This document shows, one piece after another, positions 38,173-50,033 of a stretch of DNA of 64,000 nucleotides. The notes under the pieces were generated by a model, which saw only the letters and a list, made by a program, of their open reading frames with translations, was not told where the DNA came from and searched no databases. Source of the DNA: Curvularia clavata (lineage: Eukaryota); NCBI GenBank assembly GCA_023920165.1, contig CP089279.1, positions 248,001 through 312,000 of the forward strand, given 5' to 3'. Position 1 is the first letter of the stretch. Each line of letters begins with the position of its first letter. A program made the translations under genes and the position numbers.

Positions 38173-39551
38173 GCTGGCTATCTGTTGCTGGCAAGGTGGC
38201 GCGACGCGTCGGAAAGTTAGGAAGGGAAGTGCGCGTCATGCAGCAGCCTCTGAACACCATTTCTCATCCCTCGCCACAACACCTGCACCCAACACTGTGA
38301 GCAGACGGTAATTCTCCCACGCCTTTGCATCATACTCAATGATGAACTCCTGAAGATGATTATTACATGGCGGCTACGACTCGAGATGTATCCCTGCATC
38401 TATTCAGAATGACCGATCCTCCTAGTGCCCCTAGCACTTGATATACATTTTATTCAGAGAAGTTACAAAAGGGTTGCTGTGACGATTGAATTCCACGTTC
38501 CTATGTAGAGGTGTTCTACTCTTTTTGCTTCTGCCAACCCCTTCTCCTAATCGAGCTATCCCCTCATGCTCTTCCAGCTGTTGAGATGGCAAGAACTTCG
38601 ACTCCTCAGACCACATAGCACACATGGCGTACCCTGAGCATGGGACTTTTGAAGCCTAGCAGTCGTTGCCTAGACACCTGTCCCTGACGAAGCAGCAGGT
38701 CCTTTTACGAAGTTGTGTGCGACCCAAGTAGATTCAACGGCATAACAGAGTGGGCTGAAGACATTTGTCGGCGATCGGTTTGGAGCCTTAGCTTCTCTTT
38801 CTCACATGTTTCTTGTTCTGGGTAATTTTTCGTTTTTCTCACATCGTAGCTTTGCTAGCTGAAACCTCTGCGCGCGTGGAGACAATTAGTACAAGCTTCG
38901 CTAACCATGGCGACTACGTTGTCAGATAAAAGGGACACTCATTGCAACGTACGTTAGATGTGCCTTGTTATATCCCGCGCATATTTGAGAATGTCGTTGG
39001 TTAGGCGGCTGAGCTATTTGGTGGATATCAGGCGCAGTACATCAAGAAGCGATAGAGTTGAATGATTAAGCATTATACTGAGGGCTAGCTCACTGGTTTA
39101 TGTGTATGTATGAAGGTAAATTTGGCAGAACAAGATAAAGTTATGTTCTTCGCTTTAAGAATCGAAATGATACCTGGCTCTGGCTGATCAAATGTGCAAG
39201 CTTGGTATGAATGATATACAGTACTGTGATAGAAGATATTCCCGAGAATGGTGTGGATCTACAATGTTGGTACATGCTGGGCTGGTAGGAAAGTCATTTG
39301 GTGTGTCGATTTCGTTCGGAACAAAGGAAAGAAATGGAATGCAGTCTCTTATGCAAGCCGTTCGCTCTTAAGTACAGAATCGCTGTGCGCTCTCGTTATC
39401 CAAATGAGTCGCGCAGATAGGTTCCCTATACGCACAATCCCTGGTCGTTTGGCTGGAGCCGTTGTCTTTGTGGATGGGCGTCCGTTTGCCTTTAGCTTTG
39501 AAGCAGAACATTTGTGTGTAGCCCTGCACAGTTTTATCTTGTTCGTGCCGA

Positions 39552-41289
39552 CTAGGCTCTTGGGCTGCTCACGTATTTCGAGTCACTCTCCAAAAAGATA
39601 GCAGGAAAATCTCCGCTCCTTCCTTCTTCCTCGGAGAAAACACGAATCTCTGTTTGCTGGGTGGCTGTCTCTGCTTCGCCCTCTCGCTCTCTTACTGGTT
39701 GCTCGACGATTTCCGCCAACTCAGTTGCGCCGACTCGTGTCAAGTCTGTGTTCTCCTGTGTGTTGCCAAATTCAGGCGAACTCTGTGAATAGTATGTGAA
39801 ACCGCTGAACTGTGACCAGTCGCTTGTCCGGCGTGTGTCGATGGTATAAGTCGTCGAACCAGAGAAACGCGAAGTCGGGCATGGCTTTCTCAGTTTACGT
39901 GGCGACCGGGTAGATGGGGCTTCAATGTCGAAATCGAGGTTGGACTCGTCGTCGTGAAAGCGCGTAATACCGGTGTTGTTGTAACCTGAAGGAAAGTAGG
40001 CAGTATTTGGGCGATACGTGATTGTTTGGACAGAGTCACGATATTGCGATTTTGGTTTGGAGCCCCCGTCACGGCCAGCGCTGAAGATTGAGTCAACATC
40101 ACCATGTGAGACGTGGACTGCACTCCCCGCTACGGGACTAGAGATTTTGGGAACTGGGCGTGAGGTCTGGGTCGCCGCCTTGGGTGTCTTCGAGACTCCA
40201 CCAAGGGGTATCAACGTTCCAAGGTTTACAGCTATGATGGCTGTCATGAGTTCGACGGCGCCCCAGGTCATGAACACCAAGTCGTATCTACCTCGATCCC
40301 CAATCTCAGCCCAGGAAGTCATGACCATTCCGACTCGGACTACGGCGGCGACACATGAACTGTAAGGCAATTAACTAAAATTTAGGCGCTTTTAGAGAGC
40401 TTGAACGTACAAAAGCCCTACTGCAGTCACTGCTGTGAGATACAACCTGGCGCCAGCTTTGAATGACGGGTCGAGAACGGTAGGGATTGCGCAAAAGACC
40501 AGTACGAAACTAGTACATGCACTGGTCACTATTACACAGCGTCAGTATGATTTTGACTAGGCTAGCCAAGTACAACTCACCATGATTCGCCATAGCCCAG
40601 TGCTGGGATTCCGTTTGCGACATGCATGTCACATTCTCGCTATATGAAAGATCCCAAACTGCGGAAAGAGGTGCGCATTGAACAAGAAGCGATGCGCACC
40701 ATTCAAGCGTTTGGCACACGACGACGACTGTTCACGTCAGCTCTTGTCTTGCCGAGTCTGTTTGCTATTGTGTAAGACTTACAGGTAGTTCCCATGATCA
40801 GGATTCCACGACAAATGTACACATATGCATGCAACTTTGAGTTAGACTCGGGTAGAAGAGTAAAAGCAGCCGATAGCTTCAAGAGCCCGAGCCCGAAGAT
40901 AGTAATGGATTTTAATGCTAAAACCCATGGTCCTATTTCCTTGCTGTTGCTCGCTGAGGACGCGACGTCTTCATACTTTTGTCCTAGTCCTAGCTCCACA
41001 GATCCAGTGAACACGATAAAAATGCCGACCGCGCATAGCTGCCAAAAATGTCAGTTATGTGTTGTTTGTGTAACTGACTCAGTGAACATACCGCAGCTAG
41101 AAACATGAATACATCGTCAAGGCCAAACGAGCGAAGCAGCCTTACACGCGTAAACACCCTTAGCGAGTATATCACAAGCGCGATCAAGATGAGGGTGACG
41201 ATGATGGCAAGGTGAAGTGGTCCTTGGTCTTGGGCGAGCGAAGCATGAGGCAGTGCTGAAGATGAGACTGCTCTTGCATCCCCACCCAT
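39552..41289 (-). CDS. PTH11-like (fungal rhodopsin-type) integral membrane protein with a Ser/Thr-rich cytoplasmic tail
   Basis: Motifs LRVFTRVRLLRSFGLDD, GLLKLS, LLVQCAPLSAVWD...C, AAVVR and WGAVELMTAIIAVNLGTL. Four GT-AG introns. Confidence 0.8.
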
Positions 41290-44200
41290 GGTGTGATGAG
41301 AAGCTAGTGGTGTACTGATGTTTCCTCGAGGTCACCCAACTTCACAGAAGAGGTCGTGGAAGAGGCGGAATCGCGAAACGAATGTTTGGAGAGAAGAAAG
41401 GAGCGTGGGTGCGTGAAGTCGAGACGGAGGGACCAGGGTGTCGAGGAGAGGTTATCGTGCAAGACGTCTAGCAATATGGCGTTTGAGACCCCCAGTTGTA
41501 CCGCAGACGCATGGTTCACAGCTCCTCGCCGAGGCTGCTAGGACAAACCCTGGAGCAGAATATGCACTGTGCGTACCATATACTCGCTCGGCGTCTGCAT
41601 GCGAGATACACGAGTGGGGGAGCCGTGTGTTAACCTCTGGCCTGTAAGGTTTGTGCCTTGTCTACAGGGTCGTTAGCGTCTCATACAGCCACATGGACAT
41701 TGTCCTGATGGTGCTGCATTTCGGCATGGGATTGGGTGGTGTTCCATGTCCGAGGTTGCTTTTTGTAGTTGCGTGCTTTTCCGCATGGCCCACCTTCGAT
41801 GTCCACCTAGCGGCATGTCCATGGGTAGCGCTTTCTAAACCAAAGCAAACGGTCTGCTTTTTGGACCTAATTATCACAGACCAGCTTTTTTTAATTCCTT
41901 CACCGCTGCAGCGACAGGATTTTTGGTTGAAGAGACAAATCAGCTGACCCGCTGTCACTGAGTGGAAGTTGGGATCCAGATTATGAGAGCGATACCAAAT
42001 CTGCCACACCGCGCCACCCGATCCTAGTAGTAGTATGTCGATACGAATGGTGGCTTGTGGGCTTCCACCAGACAGCTTAGGTGGTACAGCTTCCACCGAA
42101 CAAACAAAAAACAACAGATTGAGTGGAGCGTCATAAGCGGCTCACTTCGCCCCTTGGAAGAGCCGGGCGAGCGAGGTTTTGCTTTTCTTTAACTAGATCA
42201 GCGGGCTGACGAACAGGTAGGTATCACGGGGTCCCAACACCATGACCACAAACGAGTTGCACAAGGGATGGGTGAGCTCTCCGCTACTTTTCAGATGGAC
42301 TCGAGATGCTTCTCGGGTTTAGACACATCATCACGCAAATCATCCAAGCTGAACTAGGTATGATAGTACTGGTGATCGTAAAATGGCGTTGTGATGAAAC
42401 ATGCTCCTGGAAAAAGTAACGCGTAGGATTGCGTGCCTGTACTATCCCGTTAGAGAAATCATCAGATCACCCTTGTTATCTATCGCGGGGAAATCAGTTT
42501 ACACGTAGCACAGTATACGCTTTTCCGTTAATGGGAGAGGCTGGCAAGACGATGGCAGCGGGGGAGTCCTCGTAGTTCCTCTTGGGTGAGTCTTGGCACG
42601 CTACTTAGGTCTGGTCAACAACACCCGCACATCCGCTCCTGGACCATCGCACTTCAACAATTCTATCGTATTTGAGCTCTCGGAGAATAGTAAGATTTGG
42701 GAATCTCTGGTAGTCTCGGAATCTTTTGCGATCAATCCCTCCTGCTTAGGCCACGTTTAACAGCATCCCCGAGCCGAGTCCAGTCATCAAATCCCCTGAG
42801 TAATAGGGCGCGATTGCCACGGCTAACTGTGTGGAGATGACTGCATCTGTGGGACTGTGGAGAAACACCACTGTCACACAATACAAGCCATGCGGATATC
42901 GAGTACACGAGCCGAGCGGCACGCTTCAGCTGCTCTAGATCGTCCCACAAACACGGAAGCCATCGAGTCAGTCAGGACAATTTCAAGGCTAGCACTATCA
43001 TTTCTTTTTAACGTGCTCCTTCGTAACATAGGGTTGTTGGACGCCAAGTGCGTGCTTGAAAGTAACATACTAACTGCCGAGATTGTGCCATCACCGCGGG
43101 TTGCTCTGCCGTGGCGTGCATGTATGCATATCTGCACACCTAAACCCTTCCTGGCTCGTCTTGCTTAGGTTTCCAGCCCCCATAGCGCTGATTGCAGGAT
43201 GATACGCGCTACTTGTACTTCAGGATTGCGGTACCGAAGATTACCGCGATGACGAATGGTACGGGTCGCTGCATATACAAGCTGCATCATGCAAAGTATG
43301 CTAAATATGCCACAGTGACCCGGTCTAGGAGTCAAAGCCGTGAAAACGTATCGCGTGTCTGGTTCAGAGAGTCGACCGACCTGGTTCAATCATTTATTGA
43401 CAATCATGGACTCGTGGAAAGGAAAATGTCTCGGGCACCATACAAGTGCTTCTATTTGGCCAAGTCCAGGAACTCGATCGTATCGATCACGGAGATTGCC
43501 GCCTTGCACGGACGCCATGAAGGAAAGTGACTACAGGGAGCTGATGACGTTCTTGGTGGCTTGATACGCTCTTACAGGTCTTGGGGCTAGGTGTTCGCAT
43601 CGTTGAGCTGACAGACGTAGCCCCAAGAGTCGTCAACTATCCAGCAAGATGATAAACAAAATCTTCTCGGTCACTTCGTGGAATTCTGATCGTAACTAAG
43701 GCCGATAATATCGATCTGGGCTAGTAGGAGCGCAACAGGGTACACTCTTACTTGGCGAAAGATCTACAGCAAGGCGCAGCTCCAGACGATTGTCAGTCGA
43801 ATAGGCCCCATTTTTCAATTCACGGAGAAACGCTCCTTCAAGCGTCAGCTCGCATTCCGTCACTCTCTCGGACACTGGAGCTCAAACCGCGCGACAACCC
43901 GAATCGCTGGTCCAAAGATGAATGCCACCTTATCCGTACACGTTGCTAGTTTTACAGCTTGTATCCGAGTATCCTGCTGGTGCTCAGCAGGACGGTTAGC
44001 CTTGACATTGAAGCGCGCTTTTTCAATGCAAATACTCAGATGGTCAATCATGACTAGTACACCCGCTCCTTCAAGAAGAGCAGAGCCTCTCCAGGTCTTT
44101 CTCTATACCTCACCAGCACCGTTGGCATCATCGACTCAGACCTTCCTGGCCCAACCAGCCTTCCTCATCTGCACACCTATTACGAGACTTGCTTTGAATC

Positions 44201-44603
44201 TATCAGCGAATGGCCTGGTGCATGACCCTCGCCTAAAAAGCGATCATCAGCAGTTGCATCCGCTATTTTGAGAAAATTTGTGGCAACAGATATTCACCAT
44301 AGGCACAACATTCCCCAGATAAAAGACTCTGATAAGAAAAACATCAGTGTCAAGAATCCTCTGTCGCGTATTCGTCCAGTGAGATGCCAGACTCCGGAGA
44401 ATCTCGGCACAAGGTTCATCCCCGGTCGTACTCTAGTGGAACAGCAATTTTGGTTTCCAAGCTATGCCCCACCACAAGAAATCCTCACTAGCAATTCAAT
44501 TCTCAAGATTTCTTCCAGCTGGCAAGCCCTTCGTTGTCTTTTTTTCATATGGTCATATACAATCTAAAACAATCATCTTCCATCAAATTACTAAGCAACC
44601 ACT

Positions 44604-44687
44604 GGCCTAATGGCCCAATGGCAAGGCGCTTGACTACGATTCACATCCGAAATCAAGAGATTCCAGGTTCGACCCCTGGTTAGGTCA
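44604..44687 (+). tRNA. tRNA-Arg(ACG) with a 12-nt intron (44640-44651)
   Basis: Acceptor stem GGCCTAA/TTAGGTC, anticodon stem CTTGA/TCAAG with ACG at 44636-44638, T-arm CCAGG-TTCGACC-CCTGG. Confidence 0.93.
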
Positions 44688-44718
44688 CAGAGTTCACTCA
44701 GTTGCTTTCCCACCTTTA

Positions 44719-44825
44719 GCATCGGTGGTTTAGTGGTAAAATTAGCCGTTGCCATTCATCTGTTCCATTCAAAGAGCAGTTTGAGCAGTTTCGGCTAGCC
44801 CCGGGTTCGATTCCCGGCCGATGCA
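44719..44825 (+). tRNA. tRNA-Gly(GCC) with a 36-nt intron (44755-44790)
   Basis: Acceptor stem GCATCGG/CCGATGC, anticodon stem AGCCG/CGGCT with GCC at 44751-44753, T-arm CCGGG-TTCGATT-CCCGG. Confidence 0.93.
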
Positions 44826-44828
44826 TTC

Positions 44829-44833
44829 TTTTT
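44829..44833 (+). terminator. Pol III oligo(dT) terminator after tRNA-Gly
   Basis: TTTTT immediately after the tRNA-Gly 3' end; it is the first run of 4 or more T after the start of tRNA-Arg. Confidence 0.7.
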
Positions 44834-45162
44834 GCGACAGCGAGGTGCTGGGTGTGTATATATTGTGGTCGTGGTGTTGGCTGTAGTGTTGGTTGGGCGG
44901 GAGTGAAGGCCAGCGGGGTAGATGCTGTTATTTTTGGGTAAAGCCGCAAGAGAACATCAAACTCGAACGCGGCTGACATATCACGAGTACATACACATCC
45001 ATTCGATTAGGGAGACAAATTCGCAGTCATGAACGCTGCTGACTGGTAGATGTTGACTACACAGCCTCTCTGCTTGGCGCTGTCTAACTGGCACTAAGGT
45101 AGCACTCACCTTATCCCTACAATTCAACCTTGTTCTAGTACGGCCACAGCTCGAGCTATACC

Positions 45163-47076
45163 ATGAGACTACTGAATGCACACACTTTGAAGCTGCAAGA
45201 GTTTCTAGACGACATTCCTAGCTATGCCATCTTGTCGCATACCTGGGAGGAGGAGGAAGTTCTTCTCGCAGACTTCCAGGACATGACACGCGCAAAGAAG
45301 AAGAAGAAGGGATTCGACAAAATCAACAAAACGTGTGAGCAAGCGATATGCGATGGCTTCGACTGGTGCTGGATTGACACTTGTTGCATTGACAAAACTA
45401 GTACGTCGTAGCACTGGGAACTTCTGTTGCTATAAAAGCCACGCTGACATGTTTGGCCCCGCACCAAAGGCAGCGCAGAATTAAGTGAGGCTATCAACTC
45501 CATGTTCACCTGGTACAAGCAGTCTGCCAAGTGCTATGCATATCTCGCTGATGTGGGCAAGGGAGAGGATCAAGAGCAGGAAGAGCCGGAAGAGCATCAA
45601 CTGGGAATGCCATCAATAAGGATCACTCGTCCCCATTCGGGTGGAAACGTCGTGATACTCAACAAGCTTAATGAGGAAGTTAGAAACAGCAAGTGGTTCA
45701 CTCGAGCATGGACGCTTCAAGAGCTGTTGGCACCGAGTAGTGTTCGAAGGGGCGCAGAACCGGGCCAGGAGTTTGTAGGCATGGAGTTTTTCTCTGCCAA
45801 ATGGGAGAGCCTGGGGAGCAAACTGGAACTCAAGGACATAATATCCTCTACAACCGGCATTGCAGAGGATTACTTGACTGGTTCAAGCAGCCTGGGCTCA
45901 GCAAGCATCGGTATGCGCATGTCTTGGGCGGCCGCGCGACAAGCAACACGTCCAGAAGATATTGCCTATAGCCTGCTTGGTATCTTCGACGTTAACATGC
46001 CTCTGCTGTATGGTGAAGGCAAAGTCAAAGCATTCCGCAGGCTCCAAGAAGAGATCATGAAGGTATCAGAGGACGAGACGCTATTTGCTTGGGAAAGCAG
46101 CGAGCTTACCGCCAATCCAACATCTGGTGATGCGTTGGCTAGCGATCCACGAGACTTTAGCGAAGCAAGAGACCTCGTCCCTTTTGTTTCTGATGATCCG
46201 GTCATTCCCTACACATTGACAAACCGCGGATTGCGGATATGGCTGCAGATCCATGAGTATTCAAAAGACATACGCCCAATCCGCTCCCCAGTCATGATCC
46301 GCTCTCCGTTTACGCTCTACGCAGCAGTGCTGAGATGCCATGTCTCACACAATTTCGATAGCGTAGTCGTCATTCCTGTGCGACGAATGACAGCCAATCT
46401 CTACCTTCGTGACACAACGACCAGCGTCGGTCTGCTACCTTTGCGGCTGCTATCCCAGTTCCCGCCGCTTAGCGAAGTTTATATCAGAAACAGCCTCATC
46501 ACATCAATGTCGCACAGCATGCGGCGACGCTTCGGCTTCCTTATTCGCAGCCTGCCGCACGGTCTAAGAATTGCCCGCGCCTTCCCCAGGGAGTCTTGGG
46601 ATCGCAAAGACCGTATTTTGCAGGGCGAGCCCAGCGAGCAAGGCCGCCGCTGGTGGAACGCCAGTCTCGAGCTCGCCATGGATGAGACGCCACCGCTGCC
46701 ATCCAAGCACAGCGCCTTTCTCAGTTTGGGCTGCAGACAGGAAATCAACGATAGTGAGGTAAAACACTGGTGCCATCTGGACGACGCAGTGTGGCCGGAT
46801 AGCGAACGCGATCTTGATGACTTCAACACCAACGCTTTTCAGCGACCGGCACGATCAGAAGTGAGCCGCTTTCGCGACCGCAGAGGCGCCTCGTATCATG
46901 CCCTACTCCAGGTCAAGATAAAGCGGGAGAAGCTGTTCGGACAGCAGATGTTCATAGTTGATGTTGAGTTCGCCTCGAAAGAGAACTTGACAGTTACCTC
47001 ACAGCGCATGCAGGACGAAGATGGGCGTCGTCGTGTGAAGTTTTCCATGAAAGACACCTTAGCGGTTACAGAGTAG
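45163..47076 (+). CDS. HET-domain (heterokaryon incompatibility) protein
   Basis: Motifs MRLLN...YAILSHTW, WCWIDTCCIDKTSSAELSEAINSMFTWY...CYAYLADV, SKWFTRAWTLQELLAP and RMSWAAARQATRPEDIAYSLLGIFDVNMPLLYGEG. Intron 45401-45469 with an AAG acceptor. Confidence 0.93.
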
Positions 47077-47401
47077 CGTACGCAGGGCGATCATGGTATT
47101 GTGGTGTAGAAGTTTACTTGTCTATAAAAAAAACATGCTGTGCGAACAGCTGACTCTATAGGAACTACATAATAACAAACCGTAGCAAGGACGCTTTGCA
47201 TAAAAGTCATGGTATAAACGCATCGCATCGTAACGCAAACCGAAATGTCTATATGCACGCTATGCAACCCCAATCCCGTTATTCGACTTCTCAATCTGCC
47301 TTTCCCCTTTCCGATTTATGAACCAGATATCTTGTCTTCACCCAGTGGGTATCTATCATTGCGCTGCTGTTGGCGCCGACGATAAGAAATGAAGGTATAT
47401 C

Positions 47402-48226
47402 TCATTTCCACTGCTTCCTTGGGGGAACAGACATGACTGTTTTTAACTGCATATTCCGCATCCCTCTCTCCACCCCTGTCTCTGAATCGCTCAAAGGAGG
47501 CGACGGATGAAGCAGCGACGAGCCCTTGCGCGCAGGAAAGAGGTCCTTTCTCCCGAATAGAGGCGAGATCGGCCCTACGTTCATTGTCGCAGCCTGGTTC
47601 TCTGCCGATATCACTGGAGGCGATGGATGTAGCAACGTTGATCCGCGTCTCCGTTGTGGCTGCAAAGGCTTCACATTGTCGCCAATTATAGAACCCCATC
47701 TTGTTGTCTCGGTGCAAAATTCGGTTGGGTGACCTGTCCACAGTTCAATCTGTCCCATGGCGGAATCGGTAGACGTCCTGCGTAAGAGTTCCTTCTTGAG
47801 ACTTGGTCTCCATCCGGATCTACGCTTCGTCGAGGTGTCTTGGTTCATCGTAGCTGCGCGGTACCTGCTGCGCAATTTTGGAACGACCGTGATTGTTTTG
47901 GGGGAAAGCGGTGGCGACACGGGATCTGGATCTGAGTCGCGGTCTTCATCGTCTTCTAAATCGCAAATAACAAGACTTAAACGTGGCGGGGCTTTGGTTT
48001 CTCGTTCATTGGTTGAAGCGCAATGGCTGCCTGCTCCTCGTGCGGCAACGCCGCCTCTTCGTCCGCTTTCGCAGATAGTACAGTTGTGCATCGGCCCAGG
48101 ATGTTGTTCTTGCATGTGGTATTGTGTGTATTTGCTAGCTTCTGCTGAAGACGTCTTAGTGTGCCGATGCTTCGTTGGACATATATGCGCATGATACAAT
48201 GGAGTATCCAGAGCCCTGCTAGTCAT
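47402..48226 (-). CDS. hypothetical disordered protein with a duplicated R[RK]GS[TS]LLHPSPP motif
   Basis: 274-codon ATG ORF. A TATA-like element lies upstream (CTATATAC on the minus strand near 48365). The internal duplication is visible in both DNA and protein. Confidence 0.55.
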   Translation of the reverse strand: MTSRALDTPLYHAHICPTKHRHTKTSSAEASKYTQYHMQEQHPGPMHNCTICESGRRGGVAARGAGSHCASTNERETKAPPRLSLVICDLEDDEDRDSDPDPVSPPLSPKTITVVPKLRSRYRAATMNQDTSTKRRSGWRPSLKKELLRRTSTDSAMGQIELWTGHPTEFCTETTRWGSIIGDNVKPLQPQRRRGSTLLHPSPPVISAENQAATMNVGPISPLFGRKDLFPARKGSSLLHPSPPLSDSETGVERGMRNMQLKTVMSVPPRKQWK

Positions 48227-48954
48227 TCTTATGTTGTCTGATATTTCGGATGAGGCGGCAGTGTATCAAAAGTGGTATGGATGCGTTACGATCCGATCGC
48301 GGCGTCACAAAGGCCTGTGCAAGGTGGAACAAATGGAATGGAAATGAGGCGAGGCCCTGTTTGTATATAGCGACGTGGTTACAATGAACGTGAAGTGAGT
48401 ATGATTAGTGACCAGCTTCTTCGCATCCGGACCAACGGCCGCTATATGTAAAGCCCATGTCAACATTCACACGCACACGCTCGGACTATGTGCAAAAGCG
48501 AACGCATAGACAGAAAAGCACATGCATATGTATGTTCACCGAAATAGTCCCAACAAAGGGGCGTGCTCACGTGCGTAATCTGACTCTGTTCGCACCGCTA
48601 GGACGGTTGACATAAGCGACACAACGGGTTCACCTTGTCAGCAAATGCTGCTTTACTGTATGTAGTGCAAATTTCGCGGGTTGCGCTTGGACTGTCGTCG
48701 AAAATTGCCTAGTTCTAGAGAGAATGCGTACGATGTCGGGGAGCCCTTCTTGTTGTGGGCCAATGCGAGTGCCTCAACGGACCGACGAACAAGCCCGGTT
48801 GGCCTACTCAGCAAGGGATCGAGCCTTGCTCTATGAGTCAGGATGCGCCCGTGAGTGTAGAAGTTTCGATGGTTGTGTTCAACGGGTGTCGTGTGCTTCA
48901 CCGCTTTCGGTAGCGATGGTGTTTATGCAAGGGTGCCTTGTATGGCGAAAGCCG

Positions 48955-50033
48955 TCAAAACACTTCCATCTCCTCCGTCACGCGCTTACCGAACCAATCG
49001 ACGAGTTCATCGCCGGTTGTCTCGTTTTTCCCGTTAAAAAAATCGGTCATGCGCATGTCATTGCCATCGTCTTCAGTAGGCCAATCGATGGTGACCCCTG
49101 CCTTCTTCCCTTCAAGCAGCTCTTTGGTTGTGCCCCAGGAAAAGCGAGTCTCGTTACCCCAGCCAAAGAGAGGATCCATGTTCTCCTTGAGCCATGCTGA
49201 TGTCCTCGTGTCTGACGGATATCCGGATCCCCAGGCAACTCTGACTTCTGCACCATCTCCGGCTTCTGAGTCGCGGGCGTGATACGGCTCGTAGCAGACA
49301 TCGAGTGCCGCATCGCGAGTGACTTTAGCGCAGACTGATGCTGCACTTACGACTGGGTATAGACTGTCGGCTTTCTTTGCAACTGTGATGCTGATAGTAG
49401 GCCATATCCTTTCGAGCTTCTTTTGGTAAACTTCTGGCTTGCCGATGGTGTCGATGTATATCTCTTTGACGTTGACGCCCTTGTCCAGCACCTCTTGAAT
49501 AAGACTGATCGTTGCATCCATGGCCTGGGCGTTGAGGTTGTATACGGATGGTTGGAGCATGTGCGCTGAGATGTCTTGTGCTGATAGTAGCCGTGTTGCC
49601 CAACCACCGGCTTCGTAGAGATCCGAGTCTGGTGTGCAGAGCATGCGCATAAGATCGGACCGGACTTCGGGCTTCAAGACTTTGGAGTCATCAAAGCCAT
49701 GGGTTTCGGCGAGGAGCGAGCGATGGAGCTCGATGGGCAGGTAGAAGAGGGCGTACACCATGGGTCCTGAAAGTGTCAGTCACGGACATGGTCCACCATA
49801 GCTAAGATGACGGTACCCAAGACGGGGCCTCGTCCTGCTTCGTCGACGCCCAGTACTACTTCGCGGGTCATGTCATCAGCAATCTGCTTTGGAATGGGCG
49901 AGAAGTGCGAGTAGGACCGGCCGCCCAAAAGATCCGGCTTGGAAATGGATGGCGCCATGAAGACGTCTGAAGGAGGGGTTTCTTCCTCAATGCCCTGGGT
50001 GTCCATATCAACGTCGTCCCGTGGCTCTGCCAT
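48955..50033 (-). CDS. RNH201: ribonuclease H2 catalytic subunit A
   Basis: Motifs VLGVDEAGRGPVLGPMVY, FDDSKVL, YIDTIG, KKADSLYPVVSAASVCAKVTRD, GSGYPSD and RFSW. Intron 49767-49816. Confidence 0.96.

Noticed and set aside
42700..44570. Several 70-120 aa ORFs upstream of the tRNAs
   Set aside because: Most have non-ATG starts, with no motifs or codon bias. I cannot support a gene or a transposon here.
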